Positions 10,252 to 19,495 of a stretch of DNA of 64,000 bases are shown here, in pieces; position 1 is the first letter of the stretch, and each line of letters begins with the position of its first letter. Where the stretch lies: positions 1-64,000 of the IMG/VR virus record IMGVR_UViG_3300041964_000083; one strand, written 5' to 3'. The notes beneath the pieces are model-generated. The model saw nothing but the letters and a program-made list of their open reading frames with translations. It did no database searches and was not told the origin of the DNA. The DNA is from a virus. The position numbers and the translations under genes were made by a program.

Positions 10252-10847
10252 ATCCACCAGAACAAGTTAAATATTCTCGAAAAGAGTTCGCAGCCACCCT
10301 GAATCTACTTGCTATAGATGGCGTTGCTTACGAGAAGAGGAATACCGAGATTGTTACCCGCTTCAACAGTACTTTCTTTAAAGACTACCCAACACATCCA
10401 GACTGTCTGTACTGGGTGATGGATACCACCAGCGCTGAAGAAGTGGGGCGTGGATTTGTGTTTCTGACCTTCAGGGGTTGGGGCTACATTATCCGTCAAG
10501 ATAAAACGTTTTACTGGTGTCCATTCCCCAGTACTTCCGGTATTGCGTATGCCATGTGGGGAACATCGCGATCGCAAGCCACAGCTTATGTCATCCGACA
10601 AAGCAGAGCCAACTGGGATAAAGGAAACCCAAATACAGAAACACAGCAACAGCGAGTTTACCAGCATTTCAATAAACTAAGCCGCGATCGCGAAATATTA
10701 GGACTTCCCCAAAATTTTACTCACGATGAGCTTAAGCGGTCATATCGCCAGCTTTGCCTCAAGCACCATCCAGACAAGGGTGGTGATACAGCAAAGTTTC
10801 GCGAAGTGAATGAAGCTTACAAGCGACTCATTTCAATTGTTCGGTGA
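10248..10847 (+). CDS. J-domain (DnaJ-like) protein, C-terminal J domain
   Basis: ILGL...ELKRSYRQLCLKHHPDKGG...FREVNEAY. Confidence 0.85.
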   Translation: MNPPEQVKYSRKEFAATLNLLAIDGVAYEKRNTEIVTRFNSTFFKDYPTHPDCLYWVMDTTSAEEVGRGFVFLTFRGWGYIIRQDKTFYWCPFPSTSGIAYAMWGTSRSQATAYVIRQSRANWDKGNPNTETQQQRVYQHFNKLSRDREILGLPQNFTHDELKRSYRQLCLKHHPDKGGDTAKFREVNEAYKRLISIVR

Positions 10848-11125
10848 TTTGCGATAACTGTGCAGTCACAAAAGAAACACTTACCCATTTCTCTTTACAC
10901 ATCATGGAAAAGATTGACACACTTACAACCTTACAAATCCAAGCTATGTCTGATGGCAAAACTTATGTGGTCATCAAGCAAGTTGTGGAATATCCATCTG
11001 GAAAGAAGGAATCGATAATCGTCCTCACGCCTGATGGCTTTGAGGATATGGTCGCAACTTATCAAGCCACAAAGTCAAGCGCGATCACAACTATCAATGC
11101 TTTAAATGATTTGGGAGATGTGTGA
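10844..11125 (+). CDS. Hypothetical protein
   Basis: Coupled to neighbours by GTGA overlaps. Confidence 0.5.
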   Translation: MICDNCAVTKETLTHFSLHIMEKIDTLTTLQIQAMSDGKTYVVIKQVVEYPSGKKESIIVLTPDGFEDMVATYQATKSSAITTINALNDLGDV

Positions 11126-11496
11126 TGAAGACATCTTACTTCGGTGTTACTCCAGCAAAAACACCAGGCGCGATCGCAATTAGCCTGTATCTTCCCAGAG
11201 GTAAAAAGTACGTCCATTACCCTCAGTTAGCACCAACACCTGAACTATTGAAGACATACAAAAGCCCATCAGCTTGGGGATTGATAGATGTGGAGCGGTA
11301 CTACATCTCCAACTATTTTGACCAGCTAATGGTATTGGATGCCCGAACAATTTGGGATGAGCTACACGAGTTAGCTAATGGAGCGGAACCAGTTTTGCTG
11401 TGCTACGAAAAACCGGGAGAGTTTTGCCATCGGCGATTAGTTGCAAAGTGGTTTGAGGTTGAACTAGGTGAATCAGTTGAGGAGGTAGAGATATGA
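11122..11496 (+). CDS. DUF488-like phage protein
   Basis: TSYF, LAPT..LL, LLCYEKPGEFCHRRLVAKW. Confidence 0.75.
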   Translation: MMKTSYFGVTPAKTPGAIAISLYLPRGKKYVHYPQLAPTPELLKTYKSPSAWGLIDVERYYISNYFDQLMVLDARTIWDELHELANGAEPVLLCYEKPGEFCHRRLVAKWFEVELGESVEEVEI

Positions 11497-12107
11497 ATTT
11501 TAGTACTGGGCACGCTACTGTCGATATTGTTGGTCAACTGCACTTAACAGGAAACATTGTTCACCACAGCTGGTATCAACACATTAGATACAGTAACAAA
11601 CGTGGAGTGTTTACAGATCCTTGGGCGGTTCTTATTCTTGCGGTAATAACTGACGACTTCATTGTAAAAAACGATTCAGGCATTGCAATTGGTATTCATC
11701 TGTCTTGGCAAACAGGGGTGTTAGCACTAACGCCCGACGCTTGTAGTGTGATGTCAGACTTGCTCGGAATAACCACCAAGATTTTTAAAAACAGTCTACA
11801 AGTCTTGATCAACAGAGGTTTTGTGGTAATGTTGCCTCCCTTGTCAAGAGTGGAAGTAGCAAAACTACTAAAGCAAAAAACTCCACAAACTTTGTCGTCT
11901 AGGCAAAAGGCTTTTAGGTCGTGCGAGTGGTGTAAATCATTGACCAATATCTTACACCAGCATCACTTCCCGGATTCTCGCCTAGAAGGCGGGACTGAGA
12001 CTGTCGGTATCTGTCCAAATTGCCATAGCGAGTATCATGCCCTCGAATCCGCCCCACAACTTCAGCTAACAAGCAAAGCTTTTGAGTTGATGGAGGTGGA
12101 GCAATGA
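11493..12107 (+). CDS. Replication-protein-like N-terminus fused to an HNH-like Cys/His domain
   Basis: TGHATVD..GQLHLTGNIV..SWY N-terminus; CEWC...HQHH...GG....CPNCH C-terminus. Confidence 0.6.
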   Translation: MNFSTGHATVDIVGQLHLTGNIVHHSWYQHIRYSNKRGVFTDPWAVLILAVITDDFIVKNDSGIAIGIHLSWQTGVLALTPDACSVMSDLLGITTKIFKNSLQVLINRGFVVMLPPLSRVEVAKLLKQKTPQTLSSRQKAFRSCEWCKSLTNILHQHHFPDSRLEGGTETVGICPNCHSEYHALESAPQLQLTSKAFELMEVEQ

Positions 12108-13258
12108 GCAATGCAGCTACCGCACTCTACAAGGCACTCCACAAGAAAAGAGCCTACACCAAACTCTACTGGGATATTGCCAATGCAATCGGCATCTATG
12201 AGGCTTTGCTCATTGAAATTGTTGAACGCTGGTGTGAGCTTAACGAAGAAAGAGGAAAACTCAACTATTTTCAGCAAGATGAGTGGTGGACTTCTGCTAC
12301 CTACCAAGAATGGGCTGAAATGTATCCCAAGATGGGAACGTGGAAGTCAATTCAAAAAATGTTCCTTGCACTAGAGAAGCAAGGATATGTTTTAAGCGGC
12401 AAATTCACAAAAGGAAGTCAAGTTAAGTACTACAGAGTCAATCCAGAGTCAATAGGCGGACTGCTGTTAAGTGGCACATTAAAATTTGAAACTGGCATAG
12501 TCTCTAAAAGTGACGGTACTGTCTCTAAAAGTGACGGTACTGTCTCTAAAAGTGACGATCAATATATAGAAGATCAGATCATTCAAAAAGATCATTCAAA
12601 TACTCCCCATATCCCCTCAAACGAAGATGAAGAACCAAGCATAAAGACACAAGCTCTAATCGAAGAGGAAGAACCAAGCAATACTCTTCCTACTTCGGAA
12701 GGAAATCAGCAAAGTTTGCCGCAAGCCAGTAACTTTCATGATGAGACAGAATATTCCGCAGCCCCTCGTGAGAATGATTCTCAATCCCAAAACAACAATC
12801 GCATCAGCAAGACACGACGTAGCCCTAGAGGCGATCGCAACTTCGGAGCAATTGCACAAGAGCGCTACCAAAAATCACTGGCTGCAAGGGTGCATCAAAA
12901 TAAACCCACAGTGCTTGAGTTAGGTGAAATGAAGGGGCTTTGGCAAACGCAGGAAGAGTTGCAGCAATTTGAATCTTTCTTGCTGGATAAAGCCAAGCAA
13001 GGGGGCTGGGCTAAAGACCCTATCCAATTCGTGGCAATTCGTATAAGCAAGATTGCCAACGGTGAATTTAGTGATTTGGAGTTTCGCGAATGGAAGCAAG
13101 AGCAGACTAAACCCAAAGTCGAACCGATCGCGTATCACCCAGCACCCGAACCCACAGCGCCACAACCACCACTCACAAAACCTCAACCTGAGTGGAGTGA
13201 AGAACAGCACGACGCATTTAGACAACAACTACTCGCTAAAAGAGCAGGGACGTTATGA
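12104..13258 (+). CDS. Phage replication initiator (lambda O-like organisation)
   Basis: N-terminal wHTH-like WWTSATYQEW..YYRVN, internal iteron repeats, directly upstream of dnaB. Confidence 0.7.
   Translation: MSNAATALYKALHKKRAYTKLYWDIANAIGIYEALLIEIVERWCELNEERGKLNYFQQDEWWTSATYQEWAEMYPKMGTWKSIQKMFLALEKQGYVLSGKFTKGSQVKYYRVNPESIGGLLLSGTLKFETGIVSKSDGTVSKSDGTVSKSDDQYIEDQIIQKDHSNTPHIPSNEDEEPSIKTQALIEEEEPSNTLPTSEGNQQSLPQASNFHDETEYSAAPRENDSQSQNNNRISKTRRSPRGDRNFGAIAQERYQKSLAARVHQNKPTVLELGEMKGLWQTQEELQQFESFLLDKAKQGGWAKDPIQFVAIRISKIANGEFSDLEFREWKQEQTKPKVEPIAYHPAPEPTAPQPPLTKPQPEWSEEQHDAFRQQLLAKRAGTL
12500..12557 (+). repeat. 21-bp tandem repeats (candidate iterons / origin)
   Basis: GTCTCTAAAAGTGACG(GTACT) at 12500, 12521, 12542. 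Confidence 0.8.
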
Positions 13259-14637
13259 CATACACGCAACAGCAGCAAGAAAACCTTGTCAAAGTAGATT
13301 TCACAAACGCTCATCGCAGACTGCCTCCACAGAATGTGGAAACAGAAGAGTGGATTCTTGGTGGTATTATGCTCGACCCAAATGCGATCGCACGTATTGC
13401 TGATGTTTTAGAACCCGAAGCGTTTTACATAAATGCTCATAAAGAAATCTACAAAGCGGCGTTGGCGCTGCATTCACTCAACCGCCCAACCGACTTGGTA
13501 TGTGTGATGACTTGGCTTTACGACAATGACTTGTTGGAGAAAGTCGGAGGACAAAACAAGCTGGTGCAATTAGTTGACCGCACGGTGTCATCAATCAACA
13601 TCGACGTTTACGCAAAGCTTGTGACTGATAAGTATTTGCGGCGTCAGCTGATATATGCGGGTAACGAAATAGTGCAACTGGGCTATGAAACCCATTTAGA
13701 CCTAGAAGAGGTGCTAGATAGTTCCGAACAAAAAGTCTTTAGCATTACCGAGGCGAGTGAAGCAGCTGCGACTGAGGTAGAAGCGCCTATAGACATCATG
13801 CTTCGTGTTTATGACCAATTACGTCAACCAAAGCTTAAAGGGCATCCTACGGGGATTATAGAGCTGGATGCGCTAATTGGCGGATTGAAGCGCAAACGGT
13901 TCTACATTGTTGCAGGCAGAAGTTCGATGGGAAAGACCCAGTTTGCTACCTATTGCGCGGCACACTTACTGAAAGCGAAGCAACCTGTAATCTTTTTCTC
14001 AGCTGAGATGGATCGCGACCAGATAATGACCCGCGTACTTGCTTGGGAATCTGGCGTAGACTCTAAAGCTATCGATGAAGGTACTGTGACTAGCGCAGAA
14101 GATTTCAACAAGCTTGGTGCGGCTATAAATACGCTTTCGGATATTCCTTTGTGGTTAGACGACACGGACGGTTCCTCCCTCACGCCAATGAAGATTCGAT
14201 CAACCATCCGACGAGCTGCATCAAAATATGGCAAACCCGCGCTAGTTGTCTTAGACTACCTGCAATTGCTAGGAGACGAGTCGGGTAAATCAAATCGTGT
14301 AACCGAGCTAGATGGTCTTTCGAGAGCTTGCAAATCGATTTCTCAAGAGTTTGATGTTCCTTTCATGGCATTGGCGCAAATTAACCGCTCTACAGAACAG
14401 CAGTCAAATAAGCGTCCTGGTATTTCTCAAATTCGAGAATGCGGCGCAATTGAACAAGATGCTGATGTAATTATTTTGTTGTACCGAGAAGACTATTACA
14501 ACCCAAATACTAACGACAAAGGTATTTGTGAAATTATTGTCGGCAAGCAGCGGGGTGGACCTACTGGAACCGTCAAAACAATCTTTAAGCCGGAAACAAG
14601 CCGATTCTTAAACATTGCAAAACGAGATTTTGACTAA
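13255..14637 (+). CDS. dnaB: Replicative DNA helicase
   Basis: LPPQNVETEEWILGG, Walker A GRSSMGKT, FSAEM, LDYLQL, LAQINR, IEQDAD, KQRGGPTG; no intein. Confidence 0.95.
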   Translation: MTYTQQQQENLVKVDFTNAHRRLPPQNVETEEWILGGIMLDPNAIARIADVLEPEAFYINAHKEIYKAALALHSLNRPTDLVCVMTWLYDNDLLEKVGGQNKLVQLVDRTVSSINIDVYAKLVTDKYLRRQLIYAGNEIVQLGYETHLDLEEVLDSSEQKVFSITEASEAAATEVEAPIDIMLRVYDQLRQPKLKGHPTGIIELDALIGGLKRKRFYIVAGRSSMGKTQFATYCAAHLLKAKQPVIFFSAEMDRDQIMTRVLAWESGVDSKAIDEGTVTSAEDFNKLGAAINTLSDIPLWLDDTDGSSLTPMKIRSTIRRAASKYGKPALVVLDYLQLLGDESGKSNRVTELDGLSRACKSISQEFDVPFMALAQINRSTEQQSNKRPGISQIRECGAIEQDADVIILLYREDYYNPNTNDKGICEIIVGKQRGGPTGTVKTIFKPETSRFLNIAKRDFD

Positions 14638-14990
14638 TGACCACTACAGAGCTAGAAATTGACGATTTATCAGACTTAACTTTTGTCTGTGGTTTTGAAC
14701 TCAAGCGCATTGGAGAAACTTGGCGATCGCGCAGAACAAAACAATATTGCAAAGCCAACACTGGGTATGAAGACGCACATCATTTAACGCGATCGCAACT
14801 AGAAAAACTCCTTACCAAACTTCAATCATTGCCCACAGCTAACTTCAGTCTGCGGGAAGGAACAAGAGTAAAAGTCTATGGTGTGATCGGTGTAGTCAAG
14901 ACATGGGATGAAGACATAAATGCTTGGATTGTGTCCTGCGATGGAAAGCTAGAACCTTACCAGACCGAAGAACTGGAGCTAGTCAAATGA
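14637..14990 (+). CDS. Hypothetical protein
   Basis: TAATG coupling with dnaB. Confidence 0.6.
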   Translation: MTTTELEIDDLSDLTFVCGFELKRIGETWRSRRTKQYCKANTGYEDAHHLTRSQLEKLLTKLQSLPTANFSLREGTRVKVYGVIGVVKTWDEDINAWIVSCDGKLEPYQTEELELVK

Positions 14991-15313
14991 CCGAAATTAA
15001 CCGACTTGAATCCGACTTGAGGAAAATCAAAGCTGTTAAGAACACAGAAGGGCTAATCAAGCTCCACCAACTGATAGGACAAGACCGATTCTCAACAGCA
15101 TGGGAAGAATTGGAGAAAGACCCAGTAGAAGCAGCATTGGTTGCCATTCATTACTGCAACAACTGGAATGAATTTCTAGAAATGCTTAACACTTACGAAG
15201 TTAGTAGTGCATTGAATGTTGTGTTAAACGGGAAATTCCGCGATCGCGTTCGTGAAAACAAAAATCTTTCAACCTTAATTGCAACCTGGGATAGCCAGAA
15301 GGATGTCGCCTAA
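14987..15313 (+). CDS. Hypothetical protein
   Basis: ATGA / TAATG coupling on both sides. Confidence 0.6.
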   Translation: MTEINRLESDLRKIKAVKNTEGLIKLHQLIGQDRFSTAWEELEKDPVEAALVAIHYCNNWNEFLEMLNTYEVSSALNVVLNGKFRDRVRENKNLSTLIATWDSQKDVA

Positions 15314-18300
15314 TGTACGCATTAAAACCATCAGTTCAAGAACTAGCTTGGAGTCAGGCAGAATTTGAAACCGTATCAGAAGACGGCACTCGATACCGCT
15401 GGAAGTGGGTGGAGAAGCGAGGGAAGAATACCAAACTGCTGAGGTGTAAGTTAGGCGATCGCATGGTCGAATTAATCGGCATTATTCCACCTGCGTCAAA
15501 TGTGATTGAGCTACCACAACAAGACACGCCAGCACCAAAAAAGACACTGCAAGATTTATTCGTCAACCTGCATGGGCATACCGAGTATAGCGATGGCTTG
15601 ATGTCAACGGAGCAATACCTTGACCAAATTGACAAGCAAGGACAGTCTGCCGCAGCCATTACCGACCACGGCACGATGGCGGGGGTAGCTGAGTTTTTAT
15701 TAGCTTGCAAAAAGAAGGGTAAAAAAGGCATTGCTGGCAACGAACTATACATGAGAGTGCCAGAGGTAACTAAACATTTGAAGGAAAGCGAGTTAAAGGG
15801 CGATTACAAAGTCAAGGATACATTTCATCAACTTGCGATCGCGCTTAATCCAACTGGTTACCGCAACCTCTCACGACTAACCACTCTAGCCAATGCACTT
15901 AACGACAAACGTTCGGTCACCTTTGACCAACTAGAGAAACACCAAGAAGGGTTGATTATCACAAGTAGCTGTCTTGCCGGAGTAATCCCTCAACTTTTGC
16001 TGCTTGGCAAGGACGAGATGGCGTATCAATGGGCAGAACGTTATCAAAAGATTTGGGGGAATCGTTTTTACATTGAACTACAAGACCACCAGCAGTCGAT
16101 GTACGTAGAGTTAAATCAAAAGCTGCTTGCGATCGCGACTGAATTCAACATCGAGTGTATTATCACTGCTGACAGCCACTATTTGACCAAAGAAGATTAT
16201 TTGTCACACTCAATCTTTCAGTCAATTAAGTGGGGCAAAACCCTAAACGACCCCGCACGAACGGCTTACGACGGTGATTTGTTTGTCTCTGGTAGCATCG
16301 AGCTTAAATCGCGGTTTCCTTACCTGCCCAAAGATGTTTTAGATAGAGCGATTCAGAATACTAACGCGATCGCACAGAAAGTAGAAGACTACAACATCTT
16401 TCGCAAACCCACCGCTCCTCCTTTCCCAATACCAACAGGTTATCAGGATAACAACGAGTATTTAGAGGTGTTGGCGCAGGAGCACTTAGACAAGCGTTTT
16501 CCTAATGGTTGTGGAGATGAGTATCGCGATCGCTTAAAGTTTGAGCTTTCTGTTATTGCTCAGATGGGTTTTTCTGATTACTTTCTTGTCGTTTGGGACT
16601 TAGTGCGGTTTGCTAGAAACAGAAAGATTCCGGTAGGTGCTGGTCGGGGTTCGGCAGCAGGTAGTTTGGTTACCTATGTATTAGGCATTACCAATATTGA
16701 CCCAGTGCATCATGGCTTGCTATTTGAGCGCTTCCTCAACCCAGAGCGGGTATCAATGCCTGATATCGATTTGGATTTCTGCCCAGAACGTCGCAAGGAA
16801 ATTATTGCTTACCTAGTAGAACGCTACGGGCAAGATCGAGTAGCGCAAATCAGTACCTCCAATACCATGAAATCCAAAGCGGTGCTTCAGGATGTTGGCA
16901 GGGTTTTGGATATACCGCCCAAAGAGCGTGATGCACTGTGCAAATTAATCCCCACAAGTCGTGGCAAAGTAACCCAGTTAGCTAAAATGCTGGAGCAACC
17001 GTTAGAAAAATTTAAACCTAATGATCGCAAACTAGTAGAGCAGTTTCGCAATCTTTACCAAACTGACCCAAAGATTAAAGATTGGGTAGACAAGTCTCGA
17101 CCTTTAGAAGGGAAGCGCAAAACAGCAGGAGTTCATGCAGCCGCTGTGGTCATTGCTGATATTCCAATTACCGATCTTGCTCCAATTAGACGCGCCAAAG
17201 ATGATGACGAGAATGAAGTGTTGGCGACAGAATACTCGATGGCAGAGATTGAGGAACTTGGCTTTATCAAGATGGATATCTTGGGTATTGCTAACTTAAC
17301 TTTGCTTGAAAATGTTGTTGAGTTAGTCAAGCAGGATTTCGGCATTGAAATAGATCCAGATGCTATTCCTTGGCATGACCCCAAAATTTTTGATTTGTTT
17401 GCCAAAGGAGAAACAGACGGAATATTTCAATTTGAAAGCGACGGAATGAAACAATTATTGGTTCGATTAAAACCGTCTCAATTTGAAGACATTGTGGCAG
17501 CTAATGCCTTATTTCGTCCAGGTTGTATCGATAGCGGAATGTTAGATCGGTTTGTTGAAGGCAAACATGGGGGAGTCGTGACTTATCCTGCTCCACAAGC
17601 TAAACCCACTTTAGAGGTAACCTATGGGCAAGCAATTTATCAAGAGCAGCTGATGAAGCTTGCTCAAGATATTGCGGGTAATTCGTTGGGACAAGCCGAC
17701 TTACTCCGTCGAGCCTGCGGAAAAAAGAAAATGTCAGAGATGATTAAGCACGAAGGGATGTTTACTCAAGGTTGCTTGAATCAAGGACATTCTGAAAAAG
17801 TAGCATCTGAATTGTGGCAAATTATCCTTAACTCGGCAGAATATTCGTTTAACCGCTCTCACTCGCTTTCTTATTCAAGGTTGGGGTGGCAGTGTGCTTA
17901 CTTCAAGGTGTATTACCCTCTACAGTTTATGGCAGCACTGTTAACTGCCAATGCTGGCAAAACAGTAAAGCTTGCTCAGTACTTAAATATCACTGCCAAG
18001 TACTCCATCAAAACACTACCACCTGATATCAACAAGTCTGCTGGTGAGTTTATAACGGTTGATGGGGCTATTTTGTACGGATTTAAAGGCATAAGTGGTT
18101 TGGGTGATGCCGCGATCGCGTCTATTCTCACTGCCAGAGAAGAAAAACCATTTGAAAGCCTAGCAGATTTTTGCGATCGCGCAGCTTTATCTGCTACTTC
18201 TACAGAAGGATTGATTAAAGTTGGTGCTTTTGACGAATTGATTCCAAATCGAGCTAGCGCGATCGCTGCACTTCCAGCTATTAAACAGTGGGCAGAAGAG

Positions 18301-18756
18301 AAGCACGAAAGCAACAAAAAAAGCAACAAAGCCCAATTGGCTTTATTTTCTATGGATTTGGTTGCCGTGCCACCTCCTAAAATCACCGAACGAAAAGAGT
18401 ATTCGTTGATTGAGCAATTGGAGTTTGAATATGACATCTTAGGCGCTTATTTATCGGGTCACCCATTAGACTTCCTGCCAGAAGGTACACCTTTGTCTAA
18501 GCTAAAAGCGCGAACCAAGCCTAAGATTTCGGTTCGTGTTGTTGCTTGCTACCCCAAAGAGTCTAAAAATGGTGTGTTTGCAAATCTTGAACTAGAAGAC
18601 AAATGGGGCGATCGCATTAAAGGCGTTTGTTGGGCTGACGAGTACTTGCAATACTCCTACGCACTAGATAAAGGTAGCTTTGTTCACTTAGACGGGCGAG
18701 TTACCGAATGGAATGATCAAACACAATACACCATTTCTCATGTTTTGCAATCTTAG
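15313..18756 (+). CDS. dnaE: DNA polymerase III alpha subunit, single polypeptide
   Basis: PHP HGHTEYS..DG, ITDHG, GRGSAAGS, FERFLNPERVSMPDIDLD, KMDILG, AEYSFNRSH, C-terminal OB fold. Confidence 0.95.
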   Translation: MYALKPSVQELAWSQAEFETVSEDGTRYRWKWVEKRGKNTKLLRCKLGDRMVELIGIIPPASNVIELPQQDTPAPKKTLQDLFVNLHGHTEYSDGLMSTEQYLDQIDKQGQSAAAITDHGTMAGVAEFLLACKKKGKKGIAGNELYMRVPEVTKHLKESELKGDYKVKDTFHQLAIALNPTGYRNLSRLTTLANALNDKRSVTFDQLEKHQEGLIITSSCLAGVIPQLLLLGKDEMAYQWAERYQKIWGNRFYIELQDHQQSMYVELNQKLLAIATEFNIECIITADSHYLTKEDYLSHSIFQSIKWGKTLNDPARTAYDGDLFVSGSIELKSRFPYLPKDVLDRAIQNTNAIAQKVEDYNIFRKPTAPPFPIPTGYQDNNEYLEVLAQEHLDKRFPNGCGDEYRDRLKFELSVIAQMGFSDYFLVVWDLVRFARNRKIPVGAGRGSAAGSLVTYVLGITNIDPVHHGLLFERFLNPERVSMPDIDLDFCPERRKEIIAYLVERYGQDRVAQISTSNTMKSKAVLQDVGRVLDIPPKERDALCKLIPTSRGKVTQLAKMLEQPLEKFKPNDRKLVEQFRNLYQTDPKIKDWVDKSRPLEGKRKTAGVHAAAVVIADIPITDLAPIRRAKDDDENEVLATEYSMAEIEELGFIKMDILGIANLTLLENVVELVKQDFGIEIDPDAIPWHDPKIFDLFAKGETDGIFQFESDGMKQLLVRLKPSQFEDIVAANALFRPGCIDSGMLDRFVEGKHGGVVTYPAPQAKPTLEVTYGQAIYQEQLMKLAQDIAGNSLGQADLLRRACGKKKMSEMIKHEGMFTQGCLNQGHSEKVASELWQIILNSAEYSFNRSHSLSYSRLGWQCAYFKVYYPLQFMAALLTANAGKTVKLAQYLNITAKYSIKTLPPDINKSAGEFITVDGAILYGFKGISGLGDAAIASILTAREEKPFESLADFCDRAALSATSTEGLIKVGAFDELIPNRASAIAALPAIKQWAEEKHESNKKSNKAQLALFSMDLVAVPPPKITERKEYSLIEQLEFEYDILGAYLSGHPLDFLPEGTPLSKLKARTKPKISVRVVACYPKESKNGVFANLELEDKWGDRIKGVCWADEYLQYSYALDKGSFVHLDGRVTEWNDQTQYTISHVLQS

Positions 18757-18775
18757 TGTGTTTTTGGTGTAACGA

Positions 18776-19495
18776 ATGAAACACAACGCTATTACATCTG
18801 CAACAATATTAAAGATGAATGCTCCAAACTTTGCCAAGCGCTCTAAACCTATACTCCCATCAAATGCCCCTACCTTAGTCACGGCATTTACTTGTGGGGG
18901 ACTGTTTGAGATCGGGGCAATGTATGCGGGGTTCCGTCCTGTTTTAGGCGTTGAGTTTTATCCAGCTAAAGGCAAGAAAGACGATAAGGTGAAGCAGCGT
19001 CAATCCGCTGCCGCTGCCGACAACTACGAGCGGAACTTTGGTACGCACATAATTCGACAAAGCATTGAAGACGCTGTACGCGATCGCGTCTTCGTTTCAT
19101 ACCGCCCCAATGCTTTTCACTGCTCCCCCAGCTGTACGAATTTAAGCCAAGGGAATACCAAAGGAAGTGAAGACGACGGTGATGTTAGTGCGGCAACAGC
19201 AATTACGCAAGCTATAGCTCAACTGGGGTATCCAGAAATCTTCACGTTAGAGAATGTTGAAGCTTACCAAAAGTCAGAATCATGGCTCATCATTTGCAAT
19301 TTCCTTTACGCCAATGGGTACGGAGTATCAGCAGATGTAGTTTGGGCAAGTGACTACGGAAATTTAGAGACAGGCGAAGGCGTACCCCAAGATCGGAAGC
19401 GCTTTATCGTCCGTGCCGTGAGAAATCATTTTGCACCACCACTCCCCCTTAAAGTTTCAAACGGATGGGATGGTACTGTGCAATCGCAGACTTGA
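18776..19495 (+). CDS. C5-cytosine DNA methyltransferase, N-terminal part (motifs I-VIII)
   Basis: FTCGG (I), SPSC (IV), LENV (VI), PQDRKR (VIII); lacks IX-X. Confidence 0.8.
   Translation: MKHNAITSATILKMNAPNFAKRSKPILPSNAPTLVTAFTCGGLFEIGAMYAGFRPVLGVEFYPAKGKKDDKVKQRQSAAAADNYERNFGTHIIRQSIEDAVRDRVFVSYRPNAFHCSPSCTNLSQGNTKGSEDDGDVSAATAITQAIAQLGYPEIFTLENVEAYQKSESWLIICNFLYANGYGVSADVVWASDYGNLETGEGVPQDRKRFIVRAVRNHFAPPLPLKVSNGWDGTVQSQT

Noticed and set aside
13255-18756. Inteins in DnaB or DnaE
   Set aside because: Lengths are normal and there are no splicing motifs at the known insertion sites
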